NCBI GenBank assembly: GCA_965112735.1
Contig: OZ218950.1
Span: 5,580,001 to 5,644,000, forward strand
Length of the DNA stretch: 64,000 nt
Direction: 5' to 3'
From: Phaeosaccion multiseriatum
Taxonomy: Eukaryota > Protista > Ochrophyta, other classes
The notes beneath the pieces are model-generated. The model did not search any database and was not told the origin of the DNA. It worked only from the letters and a program-made list of their open reading frames with translations. Position 1 is the first letter of the stretch. Every line of letters starts with the position of its first letter. Of the stretch, positions 12,681 through 25,862 are shown one piece after another. Position numbers and translations under genes: made by a program.

Positions 12681-14105
12681 TCAGTGGCTGATCGGCCCCT
12701 GACCCTGAGACCGAGAAACTGATCGACCCCTGACGTGCCGGCCGATAGCAGATAGCACGCCTGCTGGCGCCGGCGATAGCAGATTGCACTCTAAACTGAC
12801 GCTCTGACCCTGGCGCTGACACACTGATGCCTGACATGGCTGCGCGACCTGTTCAGCGGTCGCGGCCCTATGCGAGGTCTTGGATGGAGGAGTCACGTCG
12901 TGCCTAAGATGATGGTCGGAGGAAAACCATGTGGTGGGCGGGAACGATGGGACTTTTATAGGCAGACGGCTCGATATTCACAATGAGGATCATCCAATGC
13001 CGCGGTAGAGGATGGCACTGGAGGGTGCACACCATTTTTATGCTCCCCCCCCCCACCATCACACAGACAGATTACCGACGGAGTCACGGCCGCTCTCGGA
13101 TACAGAAAAGTCCGAAAAGCTCGTGCTGCTGCATACGGAAGAGTCCTCGTGAGGCGCTTGCTCGCGAAATCTGAGGGAAGGAGGAAAGGAAGGAAGGAAG
13201 GAAGGAAGGAAGGAAGGAAGGAAGGCAGGAAGGAAGGCAGGGACGCGAGATGAGACGCGGAGACGCCCCACAACAAGACAATCAAGACATTGATTGTCCT
13301 CGTGGCGCTTACCGGCGCCCCTCCAGGTGGGCCTGTGCCAGCCCAAGGGCTCTGTTCGCCCCCTTCCGAACCGTCTCCAGCGCCGTACGGTACTCCTCCA
13401 CTTGCGTGCTGGCGAAGCTCTCTGCCCAAATGATCTGCAAATCCACACTCTCCTGCGCAGCCGCCAGCGCCGCCATGGCCTCTGCCGCGCTTGGAGGCCC
13501 CTCGCCCTCCTCTCGCGGAGCCTTCTTGGCGGCGCCTGCCCCCCGGGGGCCCTTGTTGGAGGCGGAGGACTGCAGCAGCCGTTGCGTCTCGGCTGCGGTG
13601 CGAACTTGGTCGCTCAGCTGGCCTAAGCTGGAGGTCAGAGTGGTGCCCTCCATGAGGAGCCTAGCGAGGGGGGGGGCAAGGAGGGCATACATATACATGC
13701 ATGTCTGGCCTGGTCAGCAGAGAGTCGGAGCGATTCGGCGCCCACACCATCGTCACACACCATCGTCACACACCTCGTGCGCATCTTGTCGTACGCGCAG
13801 AGATTGCAGGGGCGGCGAATGCTGCACACCGTGCAGCGAGGGGCGGGTACGTGTACCTGTTGCACAGCAGTTGGTGATACAGCAGAAGTTTGTGGTGTGA
13901 GCAGCTAGGACATGAAAGAGGCGGCGAGCGCGGGCCATGGTCACAATGCTCACCTCATGTTTGTGTAGAGGGTGGTGCAGAGAGCAGGCTCCGCAGTTAT
14001 TAAACACTCGACATGCCCCCGTTCCAACGAACGGTGGGCAGTCCATACATGTCGAGTCTCGCTGGGGGAGAGCAGCTCGGCGTTCAATTCCTGACACGTA
14101 GCGAA

Positions 14106-14137
<32 letters not shown>

Positions 14138-14593
14138 CAAAAACAATGGTTGCTGAGAGGGGAGGCAAACTCTCACACACGAGCGGCACAACACACGCGC
14201 AAGCAAACCTGCGGCGATGAGCTCCTCTTCCGAAATGTGCTGGCACGGCGGGGGGAGGGTGCACCTGTTGCACCTGCCCGTGGGTACACGTACACAGAGA
14301 ACGAGGAGGGGGTACTTCGCTGTTTGTGTCGGATAGAAGGCTGTATGTGGATTCGCTCTCAGGCCGTATGCCTCTGTACGTGGATTCGCTCTCGCGCCTT
14401 ACCTTGGGATTGGTCGAAGGGCGTCTAATGGTGTGAGTTGAGGCACGGGGGCCGGTCCTCTGCGAGGAATGACCTGTCGACAAAGTACGAGAGGGAGACA
14501 GAGGGTAGATAAAGACAGAAGAGAGGGAGAGACAAAGACAGAGACAGAAAGAGAGAGAGGGAGACACACAGAGAGGCAGACAGAGAGAGAGAC

Positions 14594-14648
<55 letters not shown>

Positions 14649-16383
14649 GAGACAGACAAGAGAGAGACAGAGAGAGACCGAGAAACGGAAGACGAGAGAC
14701 AGAGAGACACACACAGAGAGAGAGAGAGAGAGGTGAGATGCGCAGCGTGGCGTGGCAGGGATGGGGTGCTTGAGTGTGTGAGGTGTACCCCGGTGGGAGT
14801 GTTGCGCTCCGCTCCGCCTTACCTTCCGCAAGTTCTCTAGGGAAACGAACAAGTGGCGCAGGAACACTGTACGCAGGATTGCCACGAACTTCCGCAAGTT
14901 GGGCCAGGCCTTGTGGAAGGCAGCCTCGATGCCTGCAAAGGAAGGGCACGCGGGCGAGGAAGGTACAGCACACACACAAGGAATGTTGAGAGGGGAATAC
15001 GAATGGAGGACATGTGTCTGGTGAGCCCTCGCCTCTCGAGCCTCACCTGGTAGCTCGTACCCAACGCTCTCGGCGTGGAGGATGTCGAGGCCGATGCGAA
15101 GCCCCGCCTCAGCTCCGACCTACGGTCCGAGGTGCGACATAAGGGGGGGGGGAGGAGACGTGGTCAGCCAACAGACCACACCACACTCTTCTCCCAAGGA
15201 AAGGTAAAGGGCCTCTGCTCTGTTCATGTTGAAGGCCCCGCACACACCTGGGTGACACGCAGGATCTGCGTCCGCTCCTTGAGGAAGTTGGTCATCTTCT
15301 TGTGGTTGCTGCAGGAGGGGTTGGAGTTGACGACACTAAGTGAAGAACACTTGCCAAGGGTGTGGAATGCAGGACGCTGCCATTCTCACCTGGTCAGCAT
15401 GATGATGCGAATGGACGAGCCATACGTGTCCATTAAAGAGCACAGGGTCTGCTGGCCACGCGTGATGATGTTCTCGGCGTTAGCCACAATGAGGAAGCGA
15501 GGGACGAGACCCGCCAGCACCTCGCTGCGCTTCATAAAGCGGGCAACCTGTGGCAGTGGCAGAGGCAAAAGAATGACTGGGCATGACTGGCTTGGGGGGA
15601 GGACACACTCGAATCCCGCCACCGGCCCCTACCTTATGCATCAAAGCCTTGGAGTCGTCCACCTCCTGGTGCCCCACGTGACACACGCCCAAGTTGACGA
15701 AGCGCAGCATGCCCGCCTCCGTCATGGAGGCGGCTTGCATAAAGTCTCTGACGAACACCTTGGCGAAGGCAGCCTTACCCGAGTACGCCCCTCCCGACAG
15801 CACCACGTGCTTGCTGAGTGCCTTGTGCTGGACTGCATCTTGCAGGAATCTGCACGTCACGAGGTTCACACCTTCCTTGCAGCAAAGAAATGCCTTGAGG
15901 CTCTGATAGAGAGAGGGGGGATGGTGCCACCAAGACATTAGCACAAGGATACACTGGGCTCTCGTCCTGGCAACATATCCTCACCGTAGGGTGGTGTTTC
16001 TTGGTCCAATCCTCGTCTGTCGCGAGTGGCACAGCCGCCTTGACTTTATCCTTGGTCTTGGGGGGGGCGCTCCTCGACAGGCTCTTGAGCTCCTCAGCAG
16101 TCGGCATCCTCGGCTTGTTCACCTTGCACTGCACCCACATGGGGTTGAAGGCGGACCACACGTTCCTCTCCCTACAAGACTTGAACGTGGACAACCGCCT
16201 CTTCTTCGGAGCCTCTGCTTGTTTCTGAGCGTGCTGCTCCGGCTGCAGATCTCCATTCTCCTCCTCCTCCTCCTTCTCGTCCTCCTCCTCCTCCTCCTGT
16301 ACTTCCACCTGTCCATCCTCCTTTACCCCCTTCTGTTCCCCCTCCGGTTCCTCCAGTTCCTCCGGTTCCTCATCCATTCCCAT
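12681..16383 (-). CDS. Degenerate RFC-small-subunit-like AAA+ protein with Cys/His finger motifs (>=12 exons; 3' end uncertain)
   Basis: WTKKHHPT|SLKAFL (cf. WVEKYRP), HVVLSGGAYSGKA (Walker A-like), LIVANAENIITRGQQTL (cf. ILDEAD..AQ.AL), IRIIMLTSN..KERTQ; then CNRCTLPPPCQH, CPPFVGTGAC..CGACSLHH, CTVCSIRRPCNLC. Exons 16383-15985, 15902-15633, 15547-15390, 15308-15248 and onward splice in frame via GT-AG. Confidence 0.7.
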
Positions 16384-16482
16384 CCTTCTCCCTTCTTTCC
16401 CGCTCAGAAACTCAGTTAACTGCTTTTCACAGATGCCGTGTACGACCACCTCTCTCTCTCTCTCCGGTTCACGTCTCCCGCT

Positions 16483-17950
16483 ATGCCTATGGCTTCCTCG
16501 TCTAAGATTGTCATTGCTGGATCCGCCAGGGTGGGGACCAAGACTCTCGTGAGGGGTGAGTCCACGAGTATGTTCTTTGGGTTTGTGCGCTCCTCTTCTG
16601 ACCCACTCTTCCCCCCTCGCCATTTTATCTCACTCAGCACTGCTGGAAGCGAGCGGGGATGGAGAAATCACGGACTCTCTGGATGTGACGTGGAAGATGG
16701 AGCGTATGGTAGAACCTCCCCCAGAGGAGGGGGAAGGGGAGACCGAAAACATCGCAGACCCGGCTGAAGCGGGCGTGGAGGAGATTGACTGGCTTCTGGT
16801 CACAAAGTACTACTCTGCTCCATTGAAGCTGTGGAGACGGCGGACGCTTCCCTTACCTCCCGCCATGGAGGCGTACAGCCCTGATTTGCTTGCAGCGATC
16901 CAAGAAACGGAGGGTCTTATCTTGATGATGGACCTGTCGAGACCGGAGAGCTTCCACGAGCTCCACACATGGGGTCCCTTTGCAGACTCTTTGGGCGATA
17001 AGGTAGTGCTGCGCTTGCTTGTCGCCACGAAACTCGACATGATTGAGGATTCGCCACCACCACCACCAGCACCAGTAGCAGCAGCACCCGCCGCACCAGC
17101 GCCCCTCTCCAGCCAGGCCGATCGTAGGACGTACTTGGAGTGGTGCATCGATCATGGCTTTGAGTACGTCGAGGCAGACTGCACTACTCCCGCCAGGGGG
17201 GGCGAGTCTAGAGAGAAGGAGGGCATTCCACGCGTCATTGAGGCGCTGCAGTCCACCATGTGGAGCAGCATGGAGTACAAGACGCCTGCCCGGCCCCAAC
17301 AGGGCATTGCTTCCGCCGCCGCGCAGATCCAACAAGATTTCTTGGAGGGGAGTGCAGGAGGCGCGGAGGGGGAGGGGGACGATTCTGCCCAGGGTACGGA
17401 CGACGAGGAGGAGGACGAGGAGGACGACCAAGACGCTATGCTGGGGTATTCGAACCTCAGAGACGGCGGGAGTGACGATGAGGGCGACGGGGACGAAGAT
17501 GACGGTGCTGAGCGAGGAGGAGGAGGAGGAGGAGGAGGAGAGGCTTTGGGGGGATGGGGCAGTCCGCCGCAGTTTGAGGCCGCCGCCAACGTGGGTGATG
17601 AAGGAGTAAAGGAGGGCACAGAGAGCACAGTGATGATGGAGGGCACGTTTGACCCCTTTTCAGACGCGGAGGAGAGCGGGGGGGGGGAACAGGACTTGAT
17701 TACTCACATGAAAGCGCTCTGGGGCAGCAGAGGAGAGGGCAACAACAGTAATGATGACGAAGACGACGACGCAGCCGCCGCCCAAGAAGAGAGGGAGTTG
17801 GAGCGACTCATGGCGGAAGTGAAGGAGGTGCGCGATTTGGGCTCGCACGAGGAGAGGAGAGAGCGCGCAGCGGCCACGGCCCTCAAGCTGCTGAAACTCA
17901 TGGGGGCAGAGGGCGACGACGAACAACAAGAAGACAGCGACAGCTGCTAG
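16483..17950 (+). CDS. AAGAB: Alpha/gamma-adaptin-binding protein p34 (AAGAB/Irc6), 2 exons
   Basis: KIVIAGSARVGTKTLV, W.LVTKYYSA, EWCIDHGFEYVE, EKEGIPRVIEALQSTMWSSM, C-terminal ERLMAEVKEVRD..EERRERAAATALKL. Confidence 0.9.
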
Positions 17951-18256
17951 AGTTGGGCCACAGGTTGTCTCAAAAATTATTATGTGATTCCATCATCCAT
18001 TGCCTCACGTATCTTGCACGAGACAATAGACGTTGGACCAAAATGCTGCCGCCCTACATGGAGTAACATATCTCATCTCTGCTCCCCCCCCCCCCCCCCA
18101 TTTGTATGTACAACTTTCACTTCACTATTCACTCCACAGGCTTCAGTGCTTTCTCTCGCGTCTGCTCCTGACGACTGCCCGTATTTCACGTTTACAAATA
18201 ACTGCATGTTGTGAAATGTCTTACGCCTCTCGTTCTCTCTTCCTCGTCGCCTCAGT

Positions 18257-19853
18257 TCAGTTCAAGTCTAAGAATCGAGGGTACTCGTCATCCTCGGGAA
18301 TGCGACAGTACTCGGCCTCTCCTCCTCCAATTGCGTATCTGAGGGGTTGAGGGGGAATGGGCAGACATGATAAGAGACGCAAAGCACGAGGGCCTTCCCA
18401 TTCCACCCGCTTCTCGTGAATTTTGGAAACGCAAATTGGTGCAAGCTTTGTGGAGTCTCTTATATTCCCAATCCTTTCCACCCCAACAACAAGACTAATC
18501 CTCTCCCGCCCCAACAATGGAGACTAACCTGTTTTGACTAACCCACTCGTAGCAAGCATCCCTCACCGAGAAGGGCGCCAACGAGCCCACAGCTGTGAAA
18601 TGGTCACAGCACAGTAACAGCAGGAAGGAGGACGGGACGGGACGGTGCGAGTGAGCAGGAGAAGACAAGAGACAACTATTCCCAACACACAGGGAAGCAC
18701 ACAACGCCAAGAAACACTTTTGTACAAGGCACATGTAGCACCACATTCTCGGCTCAAGAAGGAAGGTACATTGAGGCGGGGTGGGTTTACCAGAACAGAC
18801 GAGTCCATTGCAGCTCGGGCTGTCAGACAGTTCTACGCAGCAGTACACGTCACCGTACCTGCCATGATGGGGAAGGGTTGTGCCATGCGCGACGCGATGA
18901 ACAGGGCAGCATCGGAGCGGCGGAGCAGGGTTCCATCCGACTCCAGCACGAGAATGCTCTTCTCCTCCGCCGGCTCGCCAACCTGATAGAATTAATGACA
19001 TGGTGAGCGGCAGCAGGCATAACACAGTAGTTGGGCCACTCTCAACCTACCGCTTCGAGGAGCCCGAGCCCGACCTCGCCGCTCTGGGCTGCGAACCTCA
19101 TGCTTTCGGGGCTGCTGTTTTCAATCATGAACCAGGCTGATCCGGAGCAAAAGTTGCACTCGCCTGTGCACATCATCACAGTACAGGAGAAGCACAGGGG
19201 AATGAGTGAGCAGAGTGAGCACGTTGAGGCCAGGCGATTCCCGCCGCAGTTGGTCGTGTGGGTGGTCTTAGGGGGGGGGAGTTTCTTTTCTCACCGTCAA
19301 ACAGCACCACCGGGGACTTGGTTGATCGGAACGTCTCCTCCAGTGGGCCCGCCGGCAGTTGGTGTTGGACCTCCTGCTTCTGCTCCCTGTTCTTCTTGTG
19401 TGCTGCCGCCCAACTGATGCCACGAGCAAGACAGGCGGAGGAAAGAAAGCAAAACGACAGTTGGAACGACGGAAAGGCTTCCTTCCACCCATTACCAGCA
19501 GCCCCGCGTCCAAGAGCATTGAGCTATGACAAGACCGCCGTAAGAACACGACGTCTACTAGCACATCCGCAGCCCCCCACCTCCGCTGCTCCGGAGGCCG
19601 CTTGCTGCTGCCCAACCACCCCTCGTTCGCTCCGCTCATACTTAAAACCACCACTCCACCCGCCTCACCTCGGATCAATCATTCCGGAAACCGCACGAGC
19701 TGAGGAAGCTGCCCAGCTTCCCTTGCCGAGCTTGTGTCGGTAGTGCGGCTGCTCTAGCTGTGGTGTGAGCGGGCCTGTCGCTACGAAGGCGCTGCTCCTA
19801 TGGCATCCTGCTGCCGCTGTTGCTCCCACAAGCAGCACTCCTCCGACTCTCAT
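18257..19853 (-). CDS. DCC-family thiol-disulfide oxidoreductase (DxxCxxC), probably plastid-targeted
   Basis: Spliced PVVLFD|GECNFCSG..MRFAAQSGEVG, SILVLESDG..RSDAALFIA, VRDACYEWVSQNR|YAIGG..CRIP..RFLD. N-terminal signal peptide followed by SSAF. Confidence 0.88.
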
Positions 19854-20127
19854 CTTCCCGTCTGTTACAGCCTAAGGCACCACCGGTTCAGTATGGCAGG
19901 TAGGGTAGATCTACAAGCACCTAAAGCGGTCGCGGGCTGAGGACGGGGTTTACACGCCTATTGTTACTCGCTCTCTCTCCCCTTCGGCGCCCCAGCCAGA
20001 AACCCAGGGGGGACCAATTTGGATTCAAGTTGATATAACTTCCTCTAAAAAAATCCTGCCCAATTTGAACCACGTAGAGCAATTGCCCACGAAACGTAAC
20101 CACACTGACGAGATATATTTCTTTTTA

Positions 20128-22424
20128 CTCACAGTCACTCACAGTCACTCACTCACTCACTCACTCACTCACTCACTCACTCACTCACTCACTCACTCAC
20201 TCACTCACTCACTCACTCACTCACTCACTCACTCACTCACTCATGATAGCCTCCGGCCAAGGGCAGTGACGACCCTTCCCGGATTCAGAAAGAAAAACAC
20301 CCCCTCAATGATGTCCTGTCTTCCCCCTTGTCCCAATGTCCTATTTCCTTTTCCCCTTATCTCCTTTTGCCTACTACACGGCCTTGTCACTGACCCGATA
20401 ACCTCCCGCCCACCTTGCCGAATTAGACCAATGTCGACCCTCTCGATACCAAATGTCGATGTCCTGACCATACACCTACACTCACTCACTCACTCTCATT
20501 CACTCACTCACTCACTCACTCATTCACTCACTCACTCACTCACTCACTCACTCACTCACTCACTCACTCACTCACTCACTCACTCACTCACTCACTCACT
20601 CACTCACTCACTCACTCACTCACTCACTCACTCACTCACTCACTCACTCATGATAGCCTCCGGCCAAGGGCAGTGACGACCCTTCCCGGATTCGCTAGAA
20701 ACGTTGCAAATGTCTACTACCCCCTCAATGATGTCCTGTCTTCCCCCTTGTCCCAATGTCCTATTTCCTTTTCCCCTTATCTCCTTTTGCCTACTACACG
20801 GCCTTGTCACTGACCCGATAACCTCCCGCCCACCTTGCCGAATTAGACCAATGTCGACCCTCTCGATACCAAATGTCGATGTCCTGACCATACACCTACA
20901 CTCACTCACTCACTCTCATTCACTCACTCACTCACTCACTCACTCACTCACTCACTCACTCACTCACTCACTCACTCACTCACTCACTCACTCACTCACT
21001 CACTCACTCACTCACTCACTCACCCTCACTCACTCACTCACTCACTCACTCACTCACTCACTCACTCACTCACTCACTCACTCAATCACTCACTCACTCA
21101 CTAACCCTCTCACTCACTCACTCACTCACTCACTCACTCACTCACTCACTCACTCACTCACTCACTCACTCACTCACTCACTCACTCACTCACTCACTCA
21201 CTCACTCACTCACTAACCCACTCACTCACTAACCCACTCACTCACTCACCCCTCACTCACTCACGCACTCACTCACTCACTCACGCACTCACTCACTCAC
21301 TCACTCACTCACTCACTCACTCACTCACTCACTCACTCACTCACTCACTCACTCACTCACTCTCAATCACTCACTTCATTCACTCGCTCACTCACTAACC
21401 CACTCACTCACTCACTCACTCACTCACTCACTCACTCACTCACTCACTCACTCACTAACTCACTCACTCACTCACTCACTCACTCACTCACTCACTCACT
21501 CACTCACTCACTCACTCACTCACTCACTCACTCACTCACTCACTCACTCACTCACTCACTCACTCACTCACTCACTCACTCACTCACTCACTAACCCACT
21601 CACTCACTCACCCCTCACTCACTTACTCACTCACTCACTCACTCACTCACTCACTCACTCACTCACTCACTCACTCACTCACTCACTCACTCACTCACTC
21701 ACTCACTCACTCACTCACTCACTCACTCACTCACTCACTCACTCACTCACTCACTCACTCACTCACTCACTCACTCACTCACTCACTCACTCACTCACTC
21801 ACTCACTCACTCACTCACTCACTCACTCACTCACTCACTCACTCACTCACTCACTCACTCACTCACTCACTCACTCACTCACTCACTCACTCACTCACTC
21901 ACTCACTCACTCACTCACTCACTCACTCACTCACTCACTCACTCACTCACTCACTCACTCACTCACTCACTCACTCACTCACTCACTCACTCACTCACTC
22001 ACTCACTCACTCACTCACTCACTCACTCACTCACTCACTCACTCACTCACTCACTCACTCACTCACTCACTCACTCACTCACTCACTCACTCACTCACTC
22101 ACTCACTCACTCACTCACTCACTCACTCACTCACTCACTCACTCACTCACTCACTCACTCACTCACTCACTCACTCACTCACTCACTCACTCACTCACTC
22201 ACTCACTCACTCACTCACTCACTCACTCACTCACTCACTCACTCACTCACTCACTCACTCACTCACTCACTCACTCACTCACTCACTCACTCACTCACTC
22301 ACTCACTCACTCACTCACTCACTCACTCACTCACTCACTCACTCACTCACTCACTCACTCACTCACTCACTCACTCACTCACTCACTCACTCACTCACTC
22401 ACTCACTCTCTCTCTCTCTCTCTC
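20128..22424. repeat. (CACT)n tetranucleotide array (~2.3 kb) interrupted by two copies of a unique cassette, ending in (CT)n
   Basis: Directly visible. CACT blocks at ~20128-20242, 20481-20649 and 20901-22408. Confidence 0.98.
20243..20900 (+). mobile_element. Tandem non-autonomous Helitron-like / microsatellite-associated element (420-bp period)
   Basis: 44-bp segment A (20243-20286 = 20650-20693) contains a hairpin and, in copy 2, is followed by CTAG (20695-20698). 180-bp segment B (20301-20480 = 20721-20900) is preceded in copy 2 by TCTACTAC (20713). Confidence 0.5.
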
Positions 22425-22583
22425 AATCGACCTCTGGACGCACTATCGCCCACATTCTCGATAGCGCGCCATCGGTTGCCGGCCTACCCCCCCCCCAATC
22501 CCCTGACATCTAATACCTGAACCTCAAACTGCCAGCCTTCGTGCACGCCCCATTCCACCAGAATTTGTCTTGGTGCGAAAACG

Positions 22584-22837
22584 ATGAACCCGTTCGATGG
22601 GATCGGCGACAGCTTTGGAGATCCGTGGCAGCAGAAGCAGCAGCAGCAGCAGCAGCCGCAACAACAACCGCAGCAGCAGACTCAGGAGTATCAGTATCAG
22701 CAGCCCCAGCAGCAAGATCCGTACCTATCCTCCGCTCTGCAGCAGCCGGAGCAGCAGCAGCAACCGCAGCAGCAGTATTATCAGCCGCAGTTTGGGACAC
22801 AGCAACAGCCGCAGGTCTTTCCACAGCAACCCGTTCA

Positions 22838-22876
<39 letters not shown>

Positions 22877-23289
22877 CGCCTTAAACCCTTTCGGCGCGGC
22901 TGTCTCCACGAACGCAGACCATTTTGCAACACACGTGCCGCAGCAGCAGGAGCAGTACCAGCAGCAGCCGTTCCAACAGCAGCCGTTCCAGGAACAGCCG
23001 TACCACCAGCAGCAGCAGCAGCAGCCCCTTCAGCAACAGTATGCGACGGCGAATCCTTTCGAGCAGTTCGTCGCGCCGCAGCCGGCTGTGTTCCAGCCGA
23101 CGCAGTACCAGCCGCAGCCCCAGCAGCAGCCCCAGCAGCAGCAAGATCCACTGATTCTCTCTCCTTTCCTCGACACGCAACCCCCACAAAGTGCTGCCCC
23201 TGCTGCTGCCGGGGGTGGGGTTGCCAGTTTTCATGTGCCACCACAACCTCCAACAGCAGACTTTGCCATGTTTGATCCTTTCTCTGCGC

Positions 23290-23320
<31 letters not shown>

Positions 23321-24260
23321 ACCAGTGCAAAAGAACCAGCCGCAGCAGTCGCAGCAGACCGGAGCTATCTCGCTTTTTGATGACGACGACGACGTCTTCG
23401 GACTGGGCGCGGCAGCGGCAGCAGCAGCAGCAGCAGGGACAGCTTCTAATGGAGGTGGAAAGGAGGCTTTCCGAGAGGAGGAAGAGGATGACTCTGACTC
23501 TGACGACTCTGGTGAAGACAGGGAGGAGGCCTCGGAGAGCGATAGAATAGGGCGGAGTAGGGCTCCCTCGGGGCCGGTGGACAATACCTACGTGGTGACG
23601 TTTCGAGACAAGAAGCTCGGCATGCTCTTGGAGAGGGCGGATGAGTGGTCCAAAGGCAGTGAGCAGAGGCAGGAACGGATGGTGGTCCGAATGGTCGTGG
23701 AGCGCGGACCGGCCCAGGCAGCGGGCATTAGCGTGGGCAGCAAGGTGGTCGAGGTGGAGGGCACGCCTTTCAAGGGACTGACGTACCAGGAGTCACTGGA
23801 GGTCATCAAGGCCGCAGGGAGGCCAATGAAGATGAAGCTGGAGCGGGGGGAGGACGACAGCATCACGGGCACCTGCCTCTACAAGAAAACCGCAGGGCAG
23901 GTGCGGAAGATGTCGGAGTATCACCACCGATTCTACGTGCTTGGAGGCGCCGCCTTTCCCAATCAGAAAAACCTTTTGCAGCTCTACACGTCCAAGACGG
24001 CATACGACCAAAACGTCATTGCGAACCATCATCGGAGGAGCACGAAGCATCTCGACAAAGTCAAGTTGTACCGACTCAACAGGACGTACAAGATCGGGTC
24101 CGTAAGGACTCGCTCGTACACGGGTGCCCCGTACCCTATTTTTGCCTTCGCCCTCACCAACCCAAAGTGGAAGTTCAAGCAGCTCAACTTTGCCTCGCGA
24201 TCACGGGCAGAGCTCGACGTATTCCGGTCGCTCCTGGGCAAGTATTGCGCACATGGGTGA
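22584..24260 (+). CDS. Intronless Gln-rich NPF/DPF-motif protein with PDZ and PH-like domains
   Basis: 558-aa ORF with NPF x3, DPF and DPW. PDZ: YVVTFRDKKLGMLL..GPAQAAGISVGSKVVEVEG..SLEVIKAAGRPMKMKLER. PH-like: RFYVLGG..LQLYTSK..LNFASRSRAELDVF. Confidence 0.85.
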
Positions 24261-24559
24261 GCATGCACAGATTTCTCTTGCCTTTTTTAGAGTCTTCCCA
24301 TAATACACTAGATTTTGACTCCCTGAGCAAGCCCTGAGCAAGGGTAATTGAAGAGATTGACATTATTGAAGTGCCCTTGCCCGGAGCAAGTGCGCTTTTA
24401 CAGAAGGGAAATGCTCGGCCGCCCCAAGTTCATTCAATTTTAGGAGAAATGAAGGCCGCGCCCACGCAAACTGAAACTCACACATCCGTTACATCCATAT
24501 GCCCTCCCTCCGCTCGAGGGAGGTTGGCAGAGGCCCTTTTAAGCGACACCTGTAGCAGC

Positions 24560-25396
24560 ATGTCGGTAGCAGAGCCTCTAAAGATTGTGCTAGCAGGCCC
24601 GCAGAGGTCGGGCAAGACGAGCCTGGCCGACTTTATCGCAGGGCACTCTCCTGAGCTTGGCGCTCCGAACAAGAGCTACAACCCCACCATCGGCTGCAGG
24701 TTCGTTGTGCTTGACGCTGAGCGAGTGTGAGGAGCAGCAACTGGCTCACGAGTATCTTGATAGATGTCCTCCTTCTGGCTCCAACAGGGAAGAGGAGATT
24801 GGGGGAGAAAGGAGAGAAAAATGAACGCTGGGACATTTTTTTTCTCCTTCCTCGGCTCTCGCTCACCTCTTGCCTCCCGCTGTGTGTAACCTGGTTGCTT
24901 TTGCACGTGTGCTGTTGCTCGTCACGTGTGCAGGATTCTAGAGTGTGAAAAGCAAATGGGCATCACTGGTGGCAACAAGGTCAATGTAGAGCTGTGGGAT
25001 GTGTCCGGGGATCAGACGTTCGAGACGACATGGCCCTGCGTGCTGAAAGACTGCGACGGAGTCATTCTAGTCTACAACCCGGAGATCCCGAGCCACGAGC
25101 CAGAGGTTCGTACTGCACAGATCGTATCTTCCTTAGAATGATGCTTTGCTTTCCTGAAGTAATTGAAACTGCTGTGGGACACAAGTGCTGCCATCTTACC
25201 CTGTGCCCTCCTCATTGCCTCTCCCACGCTCAGGTGGGCATTTGGTACGAGCAGTTCGTTAAGCTCACGGGTCTGGACGACGAGCAGTGCGTGGCACTCG
25301 TGCATAGGACCAACCCGGCTCCCGCCCCGAGATCAAGACCACGTAAGGATAGGGACCGTGTCAAGTATTATTACACTCCGTGCCTTCCACTGCTGC

Positions 25397-25469
<73 letters not shown>

Positions 25470-25470
25470 C

Positions 25471-25502
<32 letters not shown>

Positions 25503-25862
25503 GCTGCTGCTGCTGCTGCTGGTGGTGGTGGTGGTGGCGGCGGTGGCGGCGGCGGAAGTGGTACCATCTACACCTCGGTCGATTTGACTGTGACTTGTCC
25601 ATCATAATTCCCTTTTACAGCACAACAAGACACGTTGCGTCTCTCCCGCTGCTGTGCTGACGGTTTCCCCACCCGCCCGCCGCCCCCTTACCCTCGCAAT
25701 CCCTCGCCCTCCGACTCAGCTCCAAAGCTCTCGAGTATCCAGGTGCTAAACACCAACTTTGAGGCCGCAAATCAGGTCATCAGCGTCATGGAAGACTTCT
25801 TCCGCTCGTGCTCGACCATTCGGAAGAAGAAGGAGACTGCCTTGAATGGCAGCCGGAAATAA
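24560..25862 (+). CDS. IFT22: Intraflagellar transport protein 22 (Rab-like 5), 4 exons
   Basis: LKIVLAGPQRSGKTSLADFIA, YNPTIGCR|ILE, VELWDVSGDQTFETTWP, DGVILVYNP..WYEQFV. No NKxD motif or prenylation tail, as expected for RABL5. Confidence 0.95.
25392..25557. repeat. Intronic (TTG)n/(CTG)n/(GTG)n compound microsatellite
   Basis: Directly visible in IFT22 intron 3. Confidence 0.95.

Noticed and set aside
20650-20700. SECIS-like pattern (ATGA..AA..GA stem)
   Set aside because: The stem is interrupted, there is no upstream plus-strand gene with an in-frame TGA, and copy 1 lacks the 3' side. A transposon-end hairpin is the simpler explanation.
20065-21216. ORFs with (LTHS)n repeats
   Set aside because: Translation artefacts of the (CACT)n array.
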